A stretch of DNA of 11,157 nt from contig JAQTTP010000012.1 of assembly GCA_028710695.1 (NCBI GenBank), forward strand, positions 1 through 11,157, in the 5' to 3' direction. This stretch comes from Candidatus Iainarchaeum sp. GTDB lineage: Archaea; Iainarchaeota; Iainarchaeia; Iainarchaeales; 0-14-0-20-30-16. The notes below the pieces were generated by a model. It made no database searches. It saw only the letters and a list, made by a program, of their open reading frames with translations, and had not been told where the DNA came from. Below are positions 1 to 5,868 of the stretch, piece after piece (the stretch's first letter is position 1; each line of letters opens with the position of its first letter). The position numbers and the translations under genes were made by a program.

Positions 1-1201
1 CCATTATTAATAATGCTGATTCGGTCGGTAACCCCATAATACTATACTCTCTATCCACACCCATTCGTTCTATCTTTGAATCATTACAAATAATAGCCGT
101 TTTGAATAATAATTTTAAATTTGGACTTTTAGATACATTTATTTTTTTACCATCGCACAAAAAGTCTCCAGTAGCTTCATAGCCAGCCCCGCCAACATCA
201 ATCAAATTACCTTCCGAAAATATTTTTTTTACAGTCATTTCACCTTTGGTTACAGTTCCAGTTTTATCCGTACAAATAATTGTGGTCTCGCCAAGAGTTT
301 CTATTATAGACATCCTATTAACTATTGCATTTTTTTTTGCCATTCTGTAGGCTCCAGAAGCAAGAGTTGTTATTAACACAACAGGAAATCCCTCTGGAAA
401 CGCAGAAACAGATAAAGCAATTACTACTATTAAAACATCCATTAAAAGGCCATAGGAAAACGGAAGACCTCTAATTAGCATTACAAGCCCAGTTAAAACA
501 GAAACAAAAATCGCAATAAATACCATGTACTTTGAAATTTTGTTAATATTATTCTGCAAAGGCAATTCTTTCTCCGCAGTTGAGATCATACCCGCAATCT
601 TTCCAAATTGAGTATTCATACCTATATGAATTACTTTTGCCAGGCTTCTACCGTTGACCACAAAAGTACCCATAAAAAGAACATTTTCGTCAGTATAACT
701 CTTAACGTCAGCTGCAACAGACTTTTTTATTTCTTTAGATTCTCCAGTCAAAACTGCTTCATTTACCTTCAATTCTTTCTCTTCTAATATAACACAATCT
801 GCAGGCACTTTTTCGCCACTTCTCAAAATAATTATATCTCCTGGCACAATTTCTCTTGCGGGAATTTCTTTTTCCTTACCGTCTCTAATAACAATTGAAA
901 TTGGCACAATCATTTGTTTTAGGGCTTTAATAGCTTTCTCTGCACGATATTCTTGTACAAAGCCAACAAATATTACTATTATTATAATACCAAAAATTAC
1001 ATATCCAGTAAATAATTTTCCTACAAAAAAGGAAATTATCATTGCAATAAACAATAAATATACTACAAAATTTTTTTTTATCTGCCTTAAAAGAATTCGT
1101 AATAATGATTTATGAGTCAGATCTTTGATTTCATTATACCCATATTCTCTTATTTTTTCATATGCTTCTTTTTGTGTTAATCCTTTTGCTTCAACCACCA
1201 T
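1..1201 (-). CDS. P-type cation-transporting ATPase (P2/Ca2+-Mg2+-like), N-terminal ~400 aa; 3' end runs off the left edge of the window
   Basis: Absent from the supplied track because it is open to the window edge. My minus-strand translation from the ATG at 1199-1201 reads MVVEAKGLTQKEAYEKIREYGYNEI... (Cation_ATPase_N-like). It contains the TGES actuator motif (737-748), SAFPEGFPVV in a TM4-like segment, and the phosphorylation site ICTDKTGTVT (DKTGT at 254-268). No stop codon occurs down to position 1. Confidence 0.9.
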   Translation of the reverse strand, partial: MVVEAKGLTQKEAYEKIREYGYNEIKDLTHKSLLRILLRQIKKNFVVYLLFIAMIISFFVGKLFTGYVIFGIIIIVIFVGFVQEYRAEKAIKALKQMIVPISIVIRDGKEKEIPAREIVPGDIIILRSGEKVPADCVILEEKELKVNEAVLTGESKEIKKSVAADVKSYTDENVLFMGTFVVNGRSLAKVIHIGMNTQFGKIAGMISTAEKELPLQNNINKISKYMVFIAIFVSVLTGLVMLIRGLPFSYGLLMDVLIVVIALSVSAFPEGFPVVLITTLASGAYRMAKKNAIVNRMSIIETLGETTIICTDKTGTVTKGEMTVKKIFSEGNLIDVGGAGYEATGDFLCDGKKINVSKSPNLKLLFKTAIICNDSKIERMGVDREYSIMGLPTESALLIM

Positions 1202-1220
1202 AATATAAGCCCGTTTTTGT

Positions 1221-1228
1221 ATTATAAA
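1221..1228 (-). promoter_or_regulatory. TATA-box-like element (TTTATAAT on the minus strand) for the P-type ATPase; implies a leaderless or near-leaderless mRNA
   Basis: The plus strand reads attataaa, so the minus strand reads TTTATAAT. It is centred about 24 nt upstream of the A of the ATG at 1201. It lies inside the 38-nt gap after the methyltransferase stop, and there is no SD-like sequence before the ATG. Confidence 0.4.
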
Positions 1229-1239
1229 CTTTCCCATTT

Positions 1240-1875
1240 TTAAGGCTCTTTTTTACTAGCAGAAAAAAATATTTCATTATAAACAATACATTTTTTGAAT
1301 CTCTTATGAACCACAACTGAAAAATCTTTTCCAAACAGATCTAAATACTGCTTTTCGTATCTAATATACTTTCCGTCATCAAATAAAGTCATAATCCAGT
1401 TATTAAATCTGGTTTCTTTACAGAAAACTGGCTCGATTATTATGATTCTGCCTTTTGGTTTTAAAACTTTTTTAAAATCTTTCAGATATTTTTTAAAAAG
1501 AGAATCAGAGATATGATGAATTGTTGCAGATATAAAAATTATATCAAATTGTTTTTTTTCTGAAGACAATGAATCTGTTTTCAAAACTTTGAACTTGTAT
1601 CCAGGATATAATTTCTTTGCTAATGCAATTCTACCCGAGTCAACATCGAAACCAAGATATTTCGTTGGATCAAACAGTTTTGCATTAGAACCTGTGCCAC
1701 ACCCAAAATCAAGCACAGACTTATTATCCAAAATAAATTCTTTTTCAACTGTTTTTTTCAAAGCAGAAGTTAAGAACTTAGGGCGAACAAGTTTTTCATA
1801 AAAAAATGGATTTAAATGCATAATCTTCACATCCGACCCAGTTATATTTCCAATAATCACATTGCTTAATTCCAC
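1240..1875 (-). CDS. Class I SAM-dependent methyltransferase (Methyltransf_11/25-like); substrate unknown
   Basis: Track ORF. Motif I is LDFGCGTGS, followed by DIIFISATIHHI and LKPKGRIIIIEP, as expected for a Rossmann-fold MTase. The track start at 1873-1875 is a GTG. The ATG at 1819-1821 (MHLNPFF...) is preceded by GGATGTGAAGATT, which resembles the start context of two other genes here, so it may be the real start. Confidence 0.8.
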   Translation of the reverse strand: MELSNVIIGNITGSDVKIMHLNPFFYEKLVRPKFLTSALKKTVEKEFILDNKSVLDFGCGTGSNAKLFDPTKYLGFDVDSGRIALAKKLYPGYKFKVLKTDSLSSEKKQFDIIFISATIHHISDSLFKKYLKDFKKVLKPKGRIIIIEPVFCKETRFNNWIMTLFDDGKYIRYEKQYLDLFGKDFSVVVHKRFKKCIVYNEIFFSASKKEP

Positions 1876-1893
1876 TTACACAGCAAATTATAT

Positions 1894-2385
1894 TTATTTT
1901 ATTGGTTTAATCATATCAACCATTCTATCATGATAGCCCAGTTTTTTATAAAAACTATGGGCCCCCTGATTGGGAACAAAGACCTCTACTCTTAAGGTAT
2001 CACATTTTTTTTCTTTAAAATAATCTTCCATTTTCGTCATAAGTTTCTTGCCAATATCATGCCCCCTATAATCCCCAGAAACAAAGAGTTCAAGGATTCG
2101 TCCGATTTTTGAAGGAATACATTCAAGCAGATCATCTTTAGTATGTTTTTCTATTATTCCTGCTATACAGCCAATAATTTTTTTCTTATCATAAGCCAGA
2201 ATAATCCGCCCATTTCCTTTGTTTATTTTTTTTATTAGGTTGTTTGTATAAAATTCACCTTTGTTTTTTAATCTATGAAGCCGTTTTAGAGGATCAATAA
2301 CCACAACATAATCTTGCAATCTTTCCATACACAAAGCAAGATCTTTAAAGTCTGTTTCCTTATATTCTTTAAATATAATTTCCAT
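1894..2385 (-). CDS. GNAT family N-acetyltransferase
   Basis: Track ORF with an ATG start. The acetyl-CoA-binding motif A region reads LELFVSGDYRGHDIGKKLMTKMEDY (R-x-x-G-x-G/A type). The C-terminal AHSFYKKLGY is typical of the GNAT fold, and 163 aa is a typical size. Confidence 0.8.
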   Translation of the reverse strand: MEIIFKEYKETDFKDLALCMERLQDYVVVIDPLKRLHRLKNKGEFYTNNLIKKINKGNGRIILAYDKKKIIGCIAGIIEKHTKDDLLECIPSKIGRILELFVSGDYRGHDIGKKLMTKMEDYFKEKKCDTLRVEVFVPNQGAHSFYKKLGYHDRMVDMIKPIK

Positions 2386-2406
2386 AATTCAATAAATAGC
2401 ACCAAA

Positions 2407-2418
2407 TTATTTAAATAA
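2407..2418. promoter_or_regulatory. Perfect 12-bp palindrome TTATTTAAATAA; candidate shared bidirectional TATA box for the divergent GNAT and Nudix genes
   Basis: The centre (2412.5) lies 27.5 nt from the A of the GNAT ATG (2385) and 26.5 nt from the A of the Nudix ATG (2439). Neither gene has an SD-like sequence. Confidence 0.4.
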
Positions 2419-2438
2419 ACCTTTTCTTTAGATATATT

Positions 2439-2879
2439 ATGGAAATTGTAAGAGAATTCATCTCAACTGTGTTTGTAGTAAAAAACGCAAAAGTCTTAAT
2501 GACTTGGAACAAGAAAGTCAGCAATTGGATTCCTATTGGCGGACATATTGAACAAAATGAACTCCCCTGTAATTCAGTTATTCGAGAAGCAAAGGAAGAA
2601 TCCGGCCTAGATATAGAACTTATTCACCCTTCTAGCAAAGCAGAAACTGCAAACCTAGTTCAGCCAATCCACGTTCATCTAGATCACATAAAAGAAGACC
2701 ACAAACACATAAATCTTATTTATTTTGGCACAGTCAAAGGCGGGGAATGTTTTGAGATCGACGACGAGGGCAAAGAGTTGAAATGGTTTTCTAAAGAAGA
2801 TCTAGAAAAAGAGAGCTTATTGCCAAATGTAAAAGAATGGGCTACAGAAGCATTAAAACATTTGGGAGATAAATACTAA
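2439..2879 (+). CDS. NUDIX hydrolase
   Basis: Track ORF. The Nudix box GGHIEQNELPCNSVIREAKEESGL fits GX5EX7REUXEEXGU. At 146 aa it is a single-domain protein. Confidence 0.85.
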   Translation: MEIVREFISTVFVVKNAKVLMTWNKKVSNWIPIGGHIEQNELPCNSVIREAKEESGLDIELIHPSSKAETANLVQPIHVHLDHIKEDHKHINLIYFGTVKGGECFEIDDEGKELKWFSKEDLEKESLLPNVKEWATEALKHLGDKY

Positions 2880-3320
2880 TCACTTTCTATATCCACTAAC
2901 ATCTCTTCCAGACTCTTTAGGACCATAGCCTTTGGGCATGAGCTTCTTTATTGATGTCTCTTCTACTATCTTTCCTTTCTCGTTAACGCAAATAATCTTT
3001 ATATCTTTCTGCCCAACTTCAGAAAACTCAAAAAGCATTTGCTGGCATGCTCCACAAGGCCTTGCTCCTTTTGCAGAAGGGAATGCAACTGCAATAGCCT
3101 CAAAGCAATATTCACCGTGTGCAACTGCATTATAAATCGAACAAATCTCTGCACAAGACCCAAGCCCAGATATTACACTCTGAACATTAGCACCTTGGTA
3201 AATATTTCCTTTCTGAGTAAGCAATGCAGCACCAACCCCTTTTTTCGAAACTGGGTGGTAAGCATAATGTATTGCTTTCATAGCAGATTTAATTAATTTT
3301 TCTTTAGTAACTTTATCCAT
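2880..3320 (-). CDS. cdd: Cytidine deaminase (small homotetrameric type)
   Basis: AYHPVSKKGVGAALLTQKGNIYQGANV, the zinc-ligand motifs SCAEICSIYNAV (C-A-E) and RPCGACQQMLFEF (PCGxCxQ), and the C-terminal KKLMPKGYGP all parallel Bacillus-type Cdd. At 146 aa the size is typical. Confidence 0.88.
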   Translation of the reverse strand: MDKVTKEKLIKSAMKAIHYAYHPVSKKGVGAALLTQKGNIYQGANVQSVISGLGSCAEICSIYNAVAHGEYCFEAIAVAFPSAKGARPCGACQQMLFEFSEVGQKDIKIICVNEKGKIVEETSIKKLMPKGYGPKESGRDVSGYRK

Positions 3321-3341
3321 GTATAAGTAACAAAGAGAGGC

Positions 3342-3350
3342 TTTTTATTA
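3342..3350. promoter_or_regulatory. Central AT-rich TATA-like element (TTTTTATTA) between the divergent cdd and ATP-cone nuclease genes
   Basis: It is centred at about 3346 in a 50-bp spacer, about 26 nt from the cdd ATG (3320) and about 25 nt from the ATG at 3371. Neither start has an SD. Confidence 0.35.
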
Positions 3351-3370
3351 TTTTAGGATTTTATAATAGC

Positions 3371-4174
3371 ATGAAACAAGTAATTAAAGCATCGGGGAAT
3401 TTAGAAAACTTTAATTCAGAAAAGATTTACAACACTATTTTTGAAAGTGGGGCCTCAAAAGAATTGGCAACAGAAACTATAAAGCTAGTACAAAACAAAT
3501 ACTACAAAGAAATCACAACAAAAGAAATCCTAAACCTAATCTTAGAAAACTTAAAGAAAGAACCAGGTGTATCACAAAGGTACAACCTAAAACAAGCAAT
3601 AATGGATTTAGGGCCTTCAGGATTTCCTTTCGAACAATACTTTGCAAGAATTTTAGATAACTACGGCTACGAAACTAAAGTAGATAATTTCATCAAGGGA
3701 AAAAGAATTATTCACGAGGTAGATATAATTGCAAAGAAACAAGGAAAGTCCTACATGGTAGAATGCAAATACCATAATGAGACCGGAATACAGACAAGAT
3801 TACACCCTGCAATGTATACTTACGCACGATTCTTAGACGTCAAAAAATTTGATATTCCTTGGCTAGCAACAAACACAAAATGTGTAGATGATGCTGTAGA
3901 ATATGCAAAAGGGGTAAACATGAAAATAACTTCTTGGAATTATCCAAAAACAGAATCTTTAAGACTTTTAATTGAGAACAAAAGCCTATATCCCATAACA
4001 AGTATTAATTCTATTAGTAGTAAGACAAAGGAAAAATTGTTTAGCAATAATATTATATTATCCATAGACTTACTAAAGTATACAAAAAAACAGATAATAA
4101 AACAGACTGGACTAAGTGAGTTTGAAGTAAATAATATTATAAAAGAAATTAAGGAAGTCTGCAAGCTAAACTAA
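3371..4174 (+). CDS. ATP-cone domain / Mrr-like PD-(D/E)xK restriction-endonuclease-fold protein with a C-terminal HhH-like region
   Basis: The N-terminus VIKASGNLENFNSEKIYNTIFESGAS...ITTKEILNLILENL follows the ATP-cone pattern. The nuclease core reads FEQYFARILDNYGYET...HEVDIIAKKQGKSYMVECKYH (E...D...ExK). The C-terminus ITSINSISSKTKEKLFSNNIILSIDLL...TGLSEFEVNNIIKEIKE resembles a degenerate helix-hairpin-helix. Confidence 0.7.
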   Translation: MKQVIKASGNLENFNSEKIYNTIFESGASKELATETIKLVQNKYYKEITTKEILNLILENLKKEPGVSQRYNLKQAIMDLGPSGFPFEQYFARILDNYGYETKVDNFIKGKRIIHEVDIIAKKQGKSYMVECKYHNETGIQTRLHPAMYTYARFLDVKKFDIPWLATNTKCVDDAVEYAKGVNMKITSWNYPKTESLRLLIENKSLYPITSINSISSKTKEKLFSNNIILSIDLLKYTKKQIIKQTGLSEFEVNNIIKEIKEVCKLN

Positions 4175-4434
4175 TATAAGATTTCAAACAACCTAAAGGG
4201 CTTGTCAACTCTTTCTTTGACCATAATATCTGTTACTTCTGCACCAGGTGGGCCTTTCTTCAAATATTCAACAAATCTGTCCAATAAATTTGCAGAGCCA
4301 ACAGCACAGATCTCAAGCTTTCCATTCTCAAGATTTTTTGCATATCCATGTATTCCAAAAGTGTCTGCCTTATCTTTTGCAAACTTTCTAAATAAGACTC
4401 CTTGAACTTTCCCAGAAACTAATATGTAATACAT
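4171..4434 (-). CDS. acyP: Acylphosphatase
   Basis: Signatures are VSGKVQGVLFRKFAKDKA and GIHGYAKNLENGKLEICAVG, followed by KKGPPGAEV. The track ORF extends to 4473, but I prefer the ATG at 4432-4434 (MYYILVSGKVQGV...). That start is preceded by TGGTGGTTGATGGA (SD-like), removes the 20-nt overlap with the upstream gene, and gives a typical ~87-aa length. Confidence 0.85.
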   Translation of the reverse strand: MYYILVSGKVQGVLFRKFAKDKADTFGIHGYAKNLENGKLEICAVGSANLLDRFVEYLKKGPPGAEVTDIMVKERVDKPFRLFEILY

Positions 4435-4453
4435 TCCATCAACCACCAAAAAT

Positions 4454-4783
4454 TTAGAACACCTTACTTCCAAGCTTTATATCCTTATCAGGAACAAGAA
4501 CAGCCACTACACCTTCGCCTTCAGCAGCAAGAAGCATTCCTTGGCTTTCTAGGCTTCCCATTCTTTTAGGCTCAAGATTATTAATAATAATCACATAATG
4601 CCCTAGAAGTTCTTCCTTTTTGTAGTTCAATTTCAATCCTGCAAAAAGTTGTTTTTTACCAAGTTCCCCAAGATCCACCTCTAGTTTGTAAATCTTATCT
4701 TTCCCTGGAATATCTTCAACCAAAGCAATCTTTCCAACTCTAAAGTCTATCTTTGCAAAGTCATCATATTTTATTTGATCCAT
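4454..4783 (-). CDS. Standalone tRNA-binding domain protein (Trbp111/CsaA/EMAPII-like OB fold; equivalent to the MetRS C-terminal domain or beta subunit)
   Basis: DFAKIDFRVGKIALVEDIPGKDKIYKLEVDLGELGKKQLFAGLKLNYKKEELLGHYVIIINNLEPKRMGSLESQGMLLAAE matches the tRNA_bind (PF01588-type) pattern. At 109 aa it is about the size of Trbp111. Confidence 0.88.
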   Translation of the reverse strand: MDQIKYDDFAKIDFRVGKIALVEDIPGKDKIYKLEVDLGELGKKQLFAGLKLNYKKEELLGHYVIIINNLEPKRMGSLESQGMLLAAEGEGVVAVLVPDKDIKLGSKVF

Positions 4784-4823
4784 GCCATCCCCTAAAAAAT
4801 CTAATAATAAACAAAAACCGAGG

Positions 4824-4837
4824 AAATATATAAATAT
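4824..4837. promoter_or_regulatory. TATA-like element AAATATATAAATAT in the divergent spacer between the Trbp111-like gene and the 86-aa membrane protein gene
   Basis: It lies about 30 nt upstream of the ATG at 4860. In the other direction it would place a TSS near 4804, giving the Trbp111-like gene a ~20-nt leader that contains AGGGGAT (SD-like). Confidence 0.3.
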
Positions 4838-4859
4838 GTTTTGAGTCTAAAAGTTAATT

Positions 4860-5120
4860 ATGGCTTTAAAAGACTTTAACGAGACCTTAAAAGGTGGAGT
4901 AGACAAGTTATTCGGATTACTCGGAAAAACAACATCTATACTAATAGCATCTTTATTCCTGATCTTCAGCCTAGGATCCCTGTATGGTTTTTATATTGCC
5001 CACAGCACAGACAAAATAATCTTACTTATAATCCCTCCAGTGTTGGGTGTAATTGCATATTATTCAAGAGGATTTGCAGTAGCTATTGCAGTAATCTTGC
5101 TGTTGATTTTAATAGTTTAA
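4860..5120 (+). CDS. Small hydrophobic membrane protein (2-3 predicted TM segments), function unknown
   Basis: Track ORF. It has an amphipathic N-terminus followed by SILIASLFLIFSLGSLYGFYIA, IILLIIPPVLGVIAYY and FAVAIAVILLLILIV. A TATA-like element lies upstream and T-tract terminators lie downstream. Confidence 0.55.
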   Translation: MALKDFNETLKGGVDKLFGLLGKTTSILIASLFLIFSLGSLYGFYIAHSTDKIILLIIPPVLGVIAYYSRGFAVAIAVILLLILIV

Positions 5121-5153
5121 AATTAAACAAATAAGGACCAAAGTTTAACCTGT

Positions 5154-5200
5154 TACTTTTTGTATCGGTACTTTTTGTCTTTTCTTTAGCTTTTCTTTTA
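5154..5200 (+). terminator. Oligo-T termination region (archaeal type) after the 86-aa membrane protein gene
   Basis: There is an exact 10-nt direct repeat TACTTTTTGT at 5154-5163 and 5169-5178, each containing a T5 run. It is followed by CTTTTCTTTAGCTTTTCTTTTA. Confidence 0.4.
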
Positions 5201-5222
5201 CCTAACTAATGCTGTCCTTGGC

Positions 5223-5621
5223 CTACTTGCCAAATCCTTTTCTTATCTTCTCCGCAATCTTCTCAAGCTCTTTGTTGTCCATTGGCTTTGCATTATTTGG
5301 ATTTAATTCATAGCCACGGTTTATTGGCACCAAGTGGATATGTGCATGTGGAACCCCAAATCCTTCAACTGCAACACCAACTCTTTTTGGACCAAGAGCG
5401 AATTTTATTGCTTTTGCAACTTTCTTTGCTTCCAAAAATAGTTCTTTGTAGTCTTTGTCTTCTAAATCAAAAATATAATCTACATGCTTCTTAAGAATCA
5501 CAAGGATATGCCCAGGGTTGATAGGATTTATATCCAAAAAAGCAATTGCTTTATCTGATTCATATACCTTAGCACAAGGGATTTCGCCCTTCACAAATTT
5601 ACAAAAAAGACAGTTCTCCAT
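5223..5621 (-). CDS. HIT family (Hint-like) nucleotide hydrolase
   Basis: The histidine triad is GVPHAHIHLVP (HxHxHxx). The N-terminal CLFCKFVKGEIPCAKVYESDKAIAFLDINPINPGHILVILKKH is typical of the Hint branch. Confidence 0.9.
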   Translation of the reverse strand: MENCLFCKFVKGEIPCAKVYESDKAIAFLDINPINPGHILVILKKHVDYIFDLEDKDYKELFLEAKKVAKAIKFALGPKRVGVAVEGFGVPHAHIHLVPINRGYELNPNNAKPMDNKELEKIAEKIRKGFGK

Positions 5622-5643
5622 AATAATAGAAAAAGGGATTAAG

Positions 5644-5651
5644 TTTATATA
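5644..5651. promoter_or_regulatory. Consensus archaeal TATA box TTTATATA (plus strand) / TATATAAA (minus strand) in the HIT / 47-aa ORF divergent spacer
   Basis: The centre at 5647.5 is 26.5 nt from the A of the HIT ATG (5621), which has no SD and so looks leaderless. In the plus direction it predicts a TSS near 5674, giving a ~12-nt leader that carries GGGTG (5679-5683) before the ATGATG at 5686. Confidence 0.4.
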
Positions 5652-5685
5652 GATTGGGCATTATTTATATACATTAAAGGGTGTT

Positions 5686-5829
5686 ATGATGGATGATGTT
5701 GGACTATTTATGATTGGAATCGGGGTTGGACTATACATTCCAAATCTGCCAGAACCAATTACTATTCTACAGCCCTTCCTAGGATTAATCTTTGTAATAA
5801 TAGGAATTCTATTGATGTTAAGAAAATAA
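5686..5829 (+). CDS. Candidate 47-aa hydrophobic micro-protein (2 TM-like segments), not in the ORF track
   Basis: My translation is MMDDVGLFMIGIGVGLYIPNLPEPITILQPFLGLIFVIIGILLMLRK, ending at the TAA at 5827-5829. An SD-like GGGTG sits just upstream, and the second ATG at 5689 has the better spacing. It fills an otherwise empty 246-bp gap. No homology is claimed. Confidence 0.35.
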   Translation: MMDDVGLFMIGIGVGLYIPNLPEPITILQPFLGLIFVIIGILLMLRK

Positions 5830-5868
5830 GAAATAGTTTTCCGTTATGGACTGGGACGAAAGAAAGAA

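Noticed and set aside
1512-1562. ATGATGA ... CTGA spacing reminiscent of an archaeal C/D-box sRNA on the plus strand
   Set aside because: There are no C-prime/D-prime boxes at the expected spacing and no terminal stem. The region lies inside a coding region on the antisense strand.
1589-1801. 70-aa plus-strand ORF opposite the methyltransferase, and similar internal ORFs at 3940-4164, 4202-4405, 5282-5494, 7416-7634, 7666-7872, 8427-8618 and 8801-8998
   Set aside because: All are nested in, or antisense to, genes with recognisable family motifs. None has independent signals or recognisable motifs.
1240-2385. Very low GC of the methyltransferase/GNAT block as a sign of a horizontally acquired island. 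Hand counts on single 60-nt lines give about 20-22% at 1441-1560, versus about 40-45% in parts of 8101-8580 and about 43% at 9781-9840.
   Set aside because: The composition tracks protein conservation: PAN, MetRS and the 378-aa gene are all higher. There are no flanking repeats, integrase or tRNA, and the counts are small hand samples.
1894-2385. GNAT acetyltransferase as a toxin of a GNAT/RHH-type toxin-antitoxin pair
   Set aside because: There is no small DNA-binding antitoxin gene adjacent or overlapping. The neighbours are a full-size methyltransferase and a Nudix hydrolase.
2932-3296. Two plus-strand ORFs (67 and 85 aa, Cys-rich) opposite cdd
   Set aside because: They are antisense to a gene with clear cytidine deaminase motifs. 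The Cys richness derives from GCA/ACA complements of cdd codons.
4435-4473. N-terminal 13 codons (MEVRCSKFLVVDG) of the track version of the acylphosphatase ORF
   Set aside because: This start would overlap the upstream gene by 20 nt and add residues absent from typical acylphosphatases. The downstream ATG at 4432-4434 has an SD-like GGTGG upstream.
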